Assembly (NCBI GenBank): GCA_051294375.1
Contig: CM119271.1
Span: 9,696,291-9,760,290, forward strand
Reading direction: 5' to 3'
DNA: 64,000 nucleotides
DNA from: Paraspadella gotoi
Lineage: Eukaryota > Animalia > Chaetognatha
Shown: piece by piece, positions 28,800 to 40,689 of the stretch
How positions within the stretch are numbered: position 1 is the first letter of the stretch
Layout: each line of letters opens with the position of its first letter
Translations under genes and position numbers: made by a program
The notes under the pieces: model-generated
Seen by the model: the letters and a program-made list of their open reading frames with translations, nothing else
The model's database searches: none
Told to the model about the DNA's origin: nothing

Positions 28800-30366
28800 A
28801 GTTTGATATTTAACGGTTATTAATAGTAATATTTAGTATTTGCTCGTCGTCGTCGTCTTCATCGTAATCCGCTCTTTTTTTTTTCCCTCAAAAAAAATTC
28901 GTCCGCTCGATCTAAAAGTGGAGATATCCAGTCCGCCCGTCGTTAGCGCCACGATCCGCCCGACGTTTCCGACGGAGGTTTTTTTCCCCTCCGTTGCCCG
29001 ACCGTTTAAAAGGTTTCCTCGTTTGACCGATCCCACCCAAAGTTCCCCCGCGATTGCCCGTCGGACGACGCTTCTCAAATTAGTTTTTTTTTTCCCCAAG
29101 CGGTTGCCCGAAAAAAAAAACTCGGGACGACGAATATTTTTTTTTTGTTAATTTTATTCGCAAAAAAAAAATCGGGAAAATAGATTTTTGTTTTTCTCTC
29201 TTTTTTCTTTTCTTTCTTTATTCTTTCCGTTTTTTCCTAATCGTCGAATTTTTACTTTCGTTCAACGATGAAAATCAAAAGAGGAAATCGAGAAAATCGT
29301 TTGGATTTTAAACGACCGAAGGGAGAAAGGGTCGCCATGAGCGTTTGACGGGTTGGGGATAGCCTCCACGCGGTTAGCCAGCGTGCCCAGCGGGTCTGGA
29401 ACATTAGTTCGATAGTCGCCGCGCTTTTCCGAAACTCGGGATTGATAGCGGTGGTTTTAAACGCCCTCGGCATTCTTTTTTTTTGGGGGGGGAATGATTT
29501 TTTCCGACCAGGGCTGGAACTCGGTACCATTCGGTTCGGGACATGATGCTCTACTTCGGCGATGATAGATGGAACCACCTTATCCAGTGGATAAGTGATA
29601 ATAAATCGCTACACGATCGAAACATTCTCGTATCTCCTGTGAATCGGTGAGCGAGATATATTAGATGATTGATGATTGATTGATGATGATTGATCATGAT
29701 TGATCCGGCTGTAGTTGTACAAAATTGGTTGATTTGACTGATCAGAGGTGATAAGAGGTGACGTCGTGAATCTGTTTATTTTTTTCACGGTTTTCGCTGA
29801 TTAACCAACTATTTTTCTGGAGAGGTATATTTATATATTTACATATTTATATTTATATTGTAAACAATTAACGCCTTATTTAAGTTTTTTAAATCATAAT
29901 AATTACTATGTAACATAGTATGTTAATATTTAAATGTACATCTGACTATATCAGTTTTCTTCTCTTCGAAATCTGACGCGAAATCATGAAGTCACGTAAG
30001 GATTCGACCTCGAGGAAACTTGTCAATACGAAGCGAGACGAACCGGCGCAAAAAGGGGGGAGGGGGGGCGGGGTGCTGGGTCGATTACGGTCTCATTTTC
30101 TTTTCTCTCGACGATTTTTGTGAAAATTAATATATTACGCACGTATGTATAGATTGAACGAGCAACAAAGAGTCTAGTTTAGCTTAGTTAGGGTCGACCT
30201 GTTCTCCATCTGGTTTCATTTCAAAGATGGTAAAAATAATTAGGACGCTTTCGTTAAATGTTTTGAAGAAACAATATTACTTATTGACGTAAAAATCAAG
30301 GGTTAATATATTCAGATGAGAAGTATCTTATAATTATTTAAATAATCCAGGTTGGAAATACTTTAA

Positions 30367-33300
30367 GGACCCAGTGATCGGGGGGGGGAAAAAGCTGAAA
30401 GCATAACGTTTGGTCCCTTAAACTACGCTGGTTCAGATTAAATGATCTTTTTCCTCTGGTCTAACGGGAAAATGGTCAAAAAATTCGATTTTGGTCAGCT
30501 CCGCTGATTTTTGTTTGAAAATTCGGTTTGGAGCAAATCTTTCTCGTGTTTTAGATTTTTCCTCAAGAAAGACGGGTAAGACATTGTTTTAAATTGTTTC
30601 CTTTTTTTCATTAATCGTTAATATTGTCGCTGGTGGCCAATAAAGCAACTTCTCACCATGAAGTTAGAGAAGTGTCTTGTTCGGTAAGGGAATCATAATC
30701 TCAGGGTGGTAGTGTAGAAATGGCTTCTCCGTGAGTTTCTGAGCCACTGTCAGGGTTGATTGATTGATTGATTGGTAGACTTAGTTTTGTCAAGCTGCCC
30801 AAATAAGCCAAGATCAAGACGATGAAACGAAACGATGGCAAAACGACGACAACAACGTCGAAGAAGACAACGAAAAATCAACAACGAAAATGACGAAGAC
30901 GACGAAAAGACGAGGAAAACGACGAAACAACGACGAAAGCGACAACGAAAACGACAAAGAACAAGATGAAAACACGACGAAGACGACGACGAAAACGATG
31001 TCGAAGACGACGATGAAAACGACGATGAAACGACAAAACGACAACGAAAACGATGAAGACGACGACGAAAACGACAAAGAAAACGACGATGAAGACGACG
31101 ATGAAAACGACGATGAAGACGACGATGAAACGACGATGACGACAAAAACGACGACGAAAACGACGTCAAAGACGACGACGAAAACGACGATGAGACGACG
31201 ACGAAAACGAAATGAAGACGACGACGAAAACGACAATAAAGACGACGACGAAAACGACAAAGGAAAACGAAACGAACAACGAAAACAGACAAAGAAAAAC
31301 GAAACGACAACGAAAACGACAACGAAAACGACCAAGAAAATGACAAAGAAAACGATAAAAACGACGACAACGACGATGAAGACCACGACGAAAACGATGA
31401 AGACGACGACGAAAACGATGAAAACGACGACGAAGACAACGACGACGACGAAAACGATAAAGACGACGACTAAGACGAGGAAAACGACGACTAAAAGAAT
31501 GAAAAGACAAAGAAGACGATGAAAACGAAAATCTCGGATGTAAATTTGGGATTTTGTATTTAGAAAAAAGCGCGGAATAAATGGCGATAAAAAATTAGCA
31601 GAATTTTTAAAAAAACGAACGATCACGCAGAGATTGTACAGAGAAGAGAGAGAGAGAGAGAAGCTATACAGCACCCATTTTCGTCGCCTTCTTTGTCGTC
31701 TTCTCTTCATCGTCATTTTCATCTTCGTTTTCATCGTCGTCTTCGACATCGTTGTCGTCATTTTCTTCATCATTTTCGTCGTCGTCGTTGTCATTGTCTT
31801 TCCATCGTTTCTGTCGTCTTCTTCGTTGTCTTCGTCGTCGACAATTTTGTCGTCGTTTTCGTCGTCTTCTTTGTTGTCTTCTTCATCGTCAGTTTTGTCT
31901 CCTCTTCGTCGTCATTTTCGTTGTCTTCGTCGTCATTTTCGTCGTCGTCTTCGTCGTCATTTTCGTCGTCGTCTTCATCATCATCTATGCCGTCGTTTTA
32001 ATCGTTTTCTTCCTTGTTGTTGTCGTCGGTTTCTTTCTACCAATCAATCAATCAGAAACATTTGCAGATTTGCAGATTTACAGTTCGGAACACTTTTAAA
32101 CTGATTCACTGATTCATACAAGAAAAGCAAAAAAAAAGTGAATAAAAAGTTTTTTGGTAAAAATAAAAAGAGAGAGAGAGAGAGAAAGAAAGAGAGAGAG
32201 ACACAGAGAGAGACAGAGAGAGAGAGACGAGAGAGAGAGAAAGAGTGAGAGAGAGAGAGAGAGAGAAAGCCTGAACTCGTTTTTAAAACGATTCAGAAAA
32301 GGCAGCGCCTGATAATTTTTTTTTAGAAAGAAAAAATAATCATAATTTTTCAAAAAACGAACGATCACGCAAGAGATCGTACAGAGAGAGACAGACACAG
32401 AGAGAGACGGAGAGAGAGAGAAAGAAAGAGAGAGAGAGAGAGAGCCAGAACTCCTTTTTAAACGATTCAGAAAAGGCAGCGCCTGATAAAAAAAGAAAAA
32501 ATATATATATATAATTTAAAGAAATAATAATAAAGAATAATTTCTTTGACAGACCGACCGTATAGTGACTTATAGAGTTGCTCCGCGAGCGAGTTAAACA
32601 TCGAACCTAAAGTCGGATTCGTTCAACGACGCGAGAAGAAATTACAAGAGACTCTCTCATTGATCAAACGACAAATGGAACCGTCCAATAGTTAGCCGTA
32701 AATGTAAGATAACAGAGAAAAAAAAGAGAAATAATAATGAATAAAATTCCATTTCAATTTTATTATCAATACAATTTTGAAATTCACTAGCTTGCAGACG
32801 TATTTTGCTGGTTGACTTTTGGGAACTCAAATGATTCGAACAAAGAAGACGATGACCATAGTACCGTAGTACCGTATTGGTTTTTCTGTTTGAAAAATTG
32901 GTTAAGAATTAAATATCATTCATTCATTGTTTACTAACTTTATAATAGGATTTCAGGGTCAAATTCGCCATATTATTGTTGGAATTTGTCAGTCTTTTCC
33001 GTACGATGTTGTGTTCATCAATTCAATCTGGGCCACCTCGTGCCCTGATTATCTTTTTTTCTCAAAAAATAAAAAAAAAGGAAAAAATCGGGAATGGTTT
33101 AAAAATTATGGTATGGAAAAAATTTAACTCAAGTTTCTTTCAAGTCAAATCATTAATTGATCAAAGTATAACCTCTAACATTAATACAAGTATGAGAAGA
33201 AGGGAAGCGCTCTTTATCTCTCTAAAATCAAATCTGTTGCAAACAACAGTCAACGGAAATCGGAAAGATGTCACTGAGGTCATGATAAATGTTACCAAAT

Positions 33301-33693
33301 GAAATGACATCCTTGTTCGAATTTTAAGAGGTATTTGACCTTTTTTTCTGTCCTTTCCTGTGCGTGCATGGGGAAGATGATATCATTACTAAAATTCCTT
33401 TATCAGAGAGGCCCAGACGCAAGATTCAGCTTTGTACATCAACAATAAAATTTTAAAATTTGTGAAAATGTGACTTCCCAAGTGAAAGTAAGAGAATGGA
33501 GGGTATCACTATGTAGAGGAGATCCATGGGAAATTTTCTTAATAATTATCTCGTCCTTGTTCGAATTGCAACAAGGAGATGGGGATTTTTTCTCCACTTT
33601 CCCGCGTGAAGAAAAATTAATGACTATCACCATTCGAATTCCTTTAATGATAGACCCTTAAGCTTATGATATCATTTTTATCACTGGGTCCCC
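30367..33693. mobile_element. Non-autonomous TIR DNA transposon in a TTAA site (Kolobok-like)
   Basis: TTAA (30363-30366) + GGACCCAGTGAT ... ATCACTGGGTCCCC + TTAA (33694-33697). The empty site GGAAATACTTTAAGCGAAAA is at ~34140-34160 and, inverted, at ~5845-5866 and ~24100-24122. RR..YY termini with a TTAA TSD fit Kolobok rather than piggyBac (CC..GG). Confidence 0.8.
30757..32054. repeat. Fold-back structure with (GAC/AAC)n and (GTC/TTC)n arms bounded by a 19-bp inverted repeat
   Basis: TGATTGATTGATTGGTAGA near 30761-30779 and TCTACCAATCAATCAATCA near 32036-32054 flank complementary trinucleotide-rich arms (30815-31525 and 31678-32030). Confidence 0.6.
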
Positions 33694-34487
33694 TTAAGCG
33701 AAAAAAAAGTATAACGAACCTTGTTTGCTATTTTGTTTGAAGCCGAAACGAGACCAATTTTTTATTTTGCATATGATAAATTTGTAAACTTTTTCTGGTA
33801 AAATTTCTGAACAAAATTTGTTTATTATTATTTTAAACTTTAATTAAATGTTCCTTATTTTATTTTTTTCTCCTAAATTGTAAAATTAAGTGTTAATTAG
33901 ATTTTTTCCCAATTTTTCAATCTTTTCCTTTCGAAAATACTAACAACAAAGAGTCTAGTTTAGCTTAGTTTAGAGGGTCGACCTGTTCTCCATCTGGTTT
34001 CATTTCAAAGATGGTAAAAATAATTAGGACGGCTTTCGTTAAATGTTTTGAAGAAACAATATTACTTATTGACGTAAAAATCAAAGGGTTAAATATATTC
34101 AGATGAGAAGTATCTTATAATTATTTAAATAATCAGGTTGGAAATACTTTAAGCGAAAAAAAGTATAACGAACTTTGTTGCTATTTTTGTTTGAAGCCGA
34201 AACGAGACCATTTTTTTTATTTTGCAATATGATAAAATTTGTAAACTTTTTCTGGTAAAATTTTTGAACAAAATTTGTATTATTATTTTAAACCTTAATT
34301 AAATGTTCCTTATTTTTATTTTTTTTCCTAAATTATTAAAATAAAGTTTAATTTAGATTTTTTCCCAATTTTTAATCTTTTCCTTTCAAAATGCTAATTT
34401 TGTTTTAAGAAAAAACTTTTGTATCTGCCAGGCGATCGTTTCGGTTATCATTCCTTAGTTAAATTTAAAAATTTTTCCCCTCCAGGC

Positions 34488-34701
34488 ATCGCTTCTCGGC
34501 CGTTTGGCTAAGATCAAAGTGTATATCTGTTCTTATCGCTTAATATCTGATACGGTCCGCACGTGCGGGCCCAGAATATTAAACTGATTTTTGAGCATCG
34601 GAGGAGCGCTCAGTGCTTGCACGGCCTCCTCCACGGGTCAGCCCGTTATTGCNNNNNNNNNNNNNNNNNNNNNNNNNCAGTACCTCCGGGATTGGCCCAC
34701 C
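34488..34701 (+). ncRNA. U2: U2 snRNA copy (short N gap inside)
   Basis: ATCGCTTCTCGGCCGTTTGGCTAAGATCAAAGTGTATATCTGTTCTTATCGCTTAATATCTGATACG...AAACTGATTTTTGAG (Sm site)...TATTGC..CAGTACCTCCGGGATTGGCCCAC. Confidence 0.92.
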
Positions 34702-35789
34702 ACCCATTGGGTGGAATTTAAAAATTATTGACGATGTTATTTTCTATTCTAATTCTCTTACTACTCTCACGATTCCTCTTTCCGTATAATGAAAAGCATA
34801 TTGTTTAATATGAAATTGGTACAACCAATATAAAAATTATCCATTCATTTAATAAATAAGCTATCTTGCCCCTGACTTTGGACAGGCTTATGTCACTATG
34901 AAAAGTCAGAAACTTTATTCACTACGACTATCAAACATTATCAATTTTCACGTCGTTTTGCTGTTGTTAATAGAATATAACGACGCTATTAACGTTTTCC
35001 AATCTTTCGTATTTATCTCAATCGTGATTGGCTAAGAGGAGTCAGCTGATTCCGTGATCGTGATTGGTTGACAAGAGACCGCCCGATTACGTCATCGTGA
35101 TTTTGCCGAGAGGAGACAGCTCATTCCGTGAAAATCGTGTCTAATCTCCGATAGCAGCTCCCACGCAAATGTTCGCTTGACGACTTTCAACCCAATTCTT
35201 CCCCCCCCCTTTCTCTCCTCCTCTCTATCCCCCCCTCTCTCCCACGACGCCCATTTTTCCTATCTTATCTGTGATTTTCTTTGATCGCATATTTTTTTTA
35301 CTTTGTTCGTAGCTTAATATTCTTTGTTTGTATCTTTAAGGCTGTATCTTTCTTCCTTGCATCTTTAAGTACTTATTTTTTCGTTATTTGCTTCTTTATT
35401 TGTACTTTGTTGGTATTATTGCTTCTTTTTTCGCATAATATACTCTTTTATTCCGTCTTTAGTCGTTTTCTCGAGTATTTCATTGTTGTTTTTTTTTGTT
35501 TTTTTTTAAATTTCGTTTCTAAAATAATCTAGGATTTTTTGTTAGGAGGGGAATCGTTAACAAAACAACCGTCATAACCATAAACGTAGTTTCCATGAAA
35601 GACAGAGAGAGAGAGAGAGATTTCGCCCATAGCTTCGACTGCGACGTTCAGATTTCACCCTTTTCCCGCTTCCTTGTATAAATAGTTTTTTTCCTATTCC
35701 ATGATTGATCCTGATTGATTTAAAACTTGTGGGATTTTGTATGTTTTATGTTGATATTAAAGAGACAGTAATTATAGATAAGTGTTAAT

Positions 35790-35958
35790 GACAGAACCGT
35801 TCAATGTAAGCAGTCCCCGAGCTTCGGATCAGGCTGTAACACCATGTTACAGTCGGGTTAAGCGCCCCGTCCCTCTTAACTGCCAGACGACCACCGGGCT
35901 TGAACCCCAGACCTTTGGGTTGGGAGGCGAATGTCTTGCCTCCGGCACCAATGGCCGC
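35790..35958 (-). mobile_element. tRNA-derived SINE-like element
   Basis: Head GCGGCCATTGGTGCCGGAGGCAAGACATTCGCCTCCCAACCCAAAGGTCTGGGGTTCAAGCCCGGTGGTCGTC has an acceptor-like stem, an A-box-like segment and a B-box/T-arm (GGTTCAAGCC). The anticodon stem does not pair, and a non-tRNA body follows. Confidence 0.6.
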
Positions 35959-36042
35959 TGATGATCAGTTGGTGGATTTTAGTCCACCATAATATCTTGT
36001 TATAGGCACAGGGACATAATTAACCCACTAAAGCCTGCCCAA

Positions 36043-38607
36043 TAAGGCGTAGTGAAAGTTATAGGTCCAAAAGGCATCCGCAGCGTGTATTCATAAGACC
36101 CAAACAGGAGTGATGATCGCTGTCTTTGGAACTGTCTTCAGGCGCCACCACCGGTATCTGATGATAACCTTTGTAAGGTCGATCTGCTGAAACGGTCATG
36201 CCCGCTCAAGTACGGCGACGAGAAATCATTGGAGATGCTCACGGGTAACGCGTTCGCTTCTGACCGTTCATCGGCGTTCAGACCGGGCGACGTGTAATCG
36301 CCGTCATGCGCGGGGAAACGCCGTTACTGGCTTTAGACATCCTGAACGTGAAGGGACGAAAGCACCAGGGCTTAGACGATGGAGCGGACGAGCACTCCTA
36401 CGCCGGCCTTCCAAATCGGCGAACTTCGGCCTTCGCCATGCCGACATCCAGCTTCCGGAGGTACCAGACGCTGCTCTCGGCGTAAAAAACGGTATCATAA
36501 GACTTGTGTCGGAATATGATGGACCACGCCATGGACCCGGCGTGGCGGCACGAGAAAGTGGGCGTCGTCCCAGTTCAGGGCAATCGTCAGCCAGTTTTGA
36601 TGATAAGACATTGTTCACCTTCCGGACGCGTGGACCCGCTCCGTAGGCGGACGGGTTTAGGCGCTGTCAGCGCGATCGTTTTCGACACGTCCGTGCGTCG
36701 ACGGCCTCTTGTGGCCCACGTCGGACCTAGGAGCGACCATCGGCGATCGGAGAAATCGGCGCCCCAAAATGACCGCGTCACGTCTGGCTACGACAATACG
36801 GCCAACTAAGTCTGACGTCGAGTAGACGGAGAGTCATGGTCCTTGATCGTAGGCGGGAAGTTGGAGGAAACCATTCGCCGGCTCGTAGCGGCGTCGAGCC
36901 GTCCCGGTTGGCCTTATCCAGGGCCGGGCCGGCAAAAGACTGACCTCGGCACCCGTTGTCGACGAGGGATCGAGGCGCCGAAAAGTATAATCCGGACCAG
37001 GAGCAGAGATGAATCGCCGGACCGACATGTCATTGCCGGCCGGCTCGGGCGTTCCGCCTGTTCTTCTTCTCTTGTCGCCGCCTTGTGGGTGCACGGCGGT
37101 TTGCACGCCGAGCTCCTTCGCCGAACTTGCGATGATACCAGCACATGTCCATGCCGCGCATGCAGAGCTGCGAAAAGTCTGGGCATTCCTTCGCCGTCAT
37201 GACCATCGCGGGTTCCCTGACGCGGGCATGGCGGGTGTGAAGGCCAGGCGCCATGTCGGAGTCCGCTTACCTCGTTCACCATTGGGCTGGCCATCGGCGT
37301 CGAAATACTTCGCCGCCGCCTTGGCGAGATCCTCAGCTCCGCGGCGCGGTCCTGAGTGACCACGACAGGCGACCTTCGGAGGGAGGGCCTTCAGGCCGTG
37401 AGTGGCCCGCAGCAGGTCGTTCGCACGTCCAAACCCTCTGCGAGGCCGAGATGCAGGTGAGAAAACCCGATGGGTGTTTTCCCCCAAGATCGTAGAGGAA
37501 AATTAGTTTCATCGCCCGTCTCCGCCTTCTCGGTTTGTACGCCTCCAGTAGGCGCGTTTGAGGGCTCGTACGGATTCGGTTGATTCTGGGGCGTTGAGGA
37601 AAAAATCTCGTATTTTCCGTGCCACCTCCTCGTTTCAAAGCCGTTACGACGTGGTGATACTTCGTTAAAAATTAAAGAAACCGAGATGTCTTGACGTGCT
37701 AGATTGGACTCGCGTCGATGAACCAGAGATCGGCGTCGTTGGTCCAGAACTCCGGGAGTTGACTGAGACGGCCGAGTCGAAGGCGTTGAAAGCAGCGGCC
37801 ATGACCGTCTTGGAAAAAACAGAGGGCGGTTGGCGCGAGAAAGAAGGAGTCACCCCTTAGAAAATCTTTTTTAGATAGATTCCCGTTCACGGTCTTTAAA
37901 AAAGACCTGGAATCAGAAGGCAAAGAAAAAAAATAAATTTCTTACCTTACGGGCCTACCATTAAAGCAGGGCACTTTTTGCATAAGTTAAAGTTTAATTA
38001 TTCATTTGATAATTACGAGCGACGTATAATAACAATTACAACGCTTTAAATATTGCGATATCAGGACCTGATCGAAAGCACGCGGTTAAATTTTTACCAG
38101 TTGCCACTTTGATCCTGTTTGTTTGTTTACTGGATACAAAAATAACGTTTTTACAATTAGTCGATACAATAACAATGTTAATAATACATGTCGAACGAAA
38201 GGTACAATCGAGTAGTTTGACAAAACTGTAATGATACGAATACATTGTACATAATATTCTACAAATAAACACTAAAAACGTTTCAATCTTCAGAGGCTGT
38301 GAAATCTTTTATAGTTTGTGCTTTTTCGTTAAGCTCTCTGATTCGCTCGGTTTCGCCGGCTCTGCCAATGCGCTGTTGAGGCGAGATATTTTTGTCCGTG
38401 TCGCTGATTCCGACAGCGTCTTTCACTAGTATAAAGTATGGCCTACTGCGTAAATTGCAAAAAATTTATTTTATAAATCTTTTTATATACATAAATGTTA
38501 TTAGTATTAATGTTGGTTCGTTCCTCAGCTTTTAGAATTTTAATTAAAGTANNNNNNNNNNNNNNNNNNNNNNNNNAAGTTAAATTTAGAAATTTTACTA
38601 CGCCTTA
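36043..38607. mobile_element. hAT-like TIR element with 8-bp TSD, no transposase seen, carrying a Gypsy fragment
   Basis: TSD CTGCCCAA at 36035-36042 and 38608-38615. TIRs TAAGGCGTAGTGAAAGTT and TAAGGCGTAGTAAAATTT (rc) fit the hAT YARNG terminus. The empty site is visible inverted at ~3940-3975. Confidence 0.8.
36061..37802 (-). pseudogene. Degenerate CsRn1-clade Ty3/Gypsy gag-protease-RT 5' fragment
   Basis: Fragments across frames: LPEFWTNDADLWFI (Gag N-terminus), CWYHRKFGEGAR..CKPPC (CHCC knuckle), TGAEVSLLP (protease), RSFWGADF, then RT ending at YEYTLRMPFG next to the TIR. Confidence 0.8.
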
Positions 38608-39291
38608 CTGCCCAATGTTACAGTTGTCAAGATAGCTTGTTTATTGAAGTAATATATATTGGTTGTACCAATTTCATAGAATTTCTAATTTGGTAGTGAT
38701 TATTTCATTCCATAGATTAGATTAAATTCTGGTTGTAATCTCTAGGTTTCAAACATGCTTTCATAAAAAAAGCACTCGGTCTACCCGGCGCCGTCCGCTT
38801 TTCCCGCCACATCGCCGATTAGCCACCGCGAAAGACCCGGATGTGAGAGAAACGCCGTTCGACCTTATCCCGATCGTCTTTTAAGGTTTCATCTCGGGTT
38901 AGGTTTTTTTTAAAAGTGATTCCTTTAAAAATCTAATGAAAGGCTTTTATAAATGTTTTTCGTGTCATTTTCATGAAAACGTAATAAGCGAGAAGAGAGA
39001 GGCAAGTTGCAAAGTCATAGCCCGCCTATTGGGAGAATAGTGTCCTTGTGCTTTGGGCCTTGCAAATAAGTTTTGTGTCGCTGCAATACTCCATGCTTGC
39101 TCTTTAATTGCCCAATACTGATTAATTGTCATATTTCCATCGTTTTTCCTAAATTACTTAGTTTTGGGTTCGAAGTAAAATAACTTTAGCTTTTGATCCC
39201 GTTGGCTCTACTACATAAATGCTTAAGTTGCGTTATAACTCTAGTCACACAATTTCCTCTCTTCGCCCGCTTAAGCTTCTATGATTTTTTA

Positions 39292-39331
<40 letters not shown>

Positions 39332-39894
39332 GAGCGTTGACCTTTAAGAACGCCCTTGACTATGACATCGACGGTTGTAAAGCCGATTTTTTCTTTAAAT
39401 CTAACTTTCCCTTGCCTTTCCTTTTTTTTTCCTCATTCCTTTTTTTTTCACTATTCCTTTCTTTCTGTATTTCCTTTTTTTCCCTTCCCTTTTTCCTTTT
39501 TTTCATTGGCATTTTTCCTTTTTTTTTATATATATATTTTTTTNNNNNNNNNNNNNNNNNNNNNNNNNNNNNNNNNNNNNNNNNNNNNNNNNNNNNNNNN
39601 NNNNNNNNNNNNNNNNNNNNNNNNNNNNNNNNNNNNNNNNNNNNNNNNNNNNNNNNNNNNNNNNNNNNNNNNNNNNCGAGATAATCTATAGCATTAGTAC
39701 AATAGCCACCTTCCGTTGTTATATAACGACAAGATAACCATTTATTATAGATATGAGGAATCCGAGATTTACAGAAACACTCCGGTAGCCCCGCCTCAGC
39801 TAACCCCACTTACCCTAAAAAAAATCCCTAAAAATTCAGTTAGCCTTATTTCTTTCAGAACGCATTTCGTCTTAAATTAGAGAATTAAATTAAT

Positions 39895-40060
39895 TTTTAG
39901 GTTTAAAGACTAGGTTAAAGGTTAACGTTAGGAATTATGTTAAGTTAAGACTTAAGGTAAGGGATGAGGTTAAAGATAGGTTAGTTTTGGTTAGATTAGG
40001 TTTGGGACCGAATAGATTCAGGGTTAGATGGTTAGGGTTAAAGTTTATAGTTGGCTTTAA
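39895..40060. repeat. Degenerate (GGTTAG/GGTTAA)n repeat tract (similar tract at ~1648-1740)
   Basis: Repeated GGTTAG, GGTTAA and GTTAGG hexamer-like units. Confidence 0.5.
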
Positions 40061-40689
40061 GAANNNNNNNNNNNNNNNNNNNNNNNNNNNNNNNNNNNNN
40101 NNNNNNNNNNNNNNNNNNNNNNNNNNNNNNNNNNNNNNNNNNNNNNNNNNNNNNNNNNNNNNNNNNNNNNNNNNNNNNNNNNNNNNNNNNNNNNNNNNNN
40201 NNNNNNNNNNNNNNNNNNNNNNNNNNNNNNNNNNNNNNNNNNCGACTACCCAGTTGTTTTGTTTGTTTTTTTTTCGGTTGGAAGAAAATAATTCTCTTTT
40301 TTTTTTCTTTCTAAAATTTCATAAAAAAAAGCGTTATACTCAAATAAACATTTATTTTTCGTTCTTCTCATCACAAACCTCTACATCGACAATAAACTTT
40401 ACGAATCATTTTTCTATGCAAATGAATAGTGAAAAGATGGTACCAATATAAAATTAATCCATCATCATTTAATAATGCATAAGCTATTCTTGGCCCCTGC
40501 CTTGGACCAGGGCCTTTGTGTGGTTTAAAGGGCCTCCAGATCACTCTAACAAGATAACTATATAAATTAACTTTAATTTTTTCATATTTTCCATTATCCA
40601 CGTTACTTTCTTTAGCTTTTGCGTACGACAACACCGCAACCCCTAACTCAATAAGCTTGCATCTTCAAGAACTTGCCCGTGCTCCCATC

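Noticed and set aside
30750-32104. Thr/Lys/Asp- and Ser/Phe/Val-rich ORFs of 100-326 aa
   Set aside because: Stop-free frames of degenerate trinucleotide repeats; no evidence of coding.
35886-35958. Functional tRNA gene
   Set aside because: The anticodon and D arms do not pair properly and a non-tRNA body follows, so it was called SINE-like instead.
39895-40060. Telomere or interstitial telomeric array
   Set aside because: Units are highly degenerate and short, with no pure (TTAGGG)n or (TTAGG)n run.
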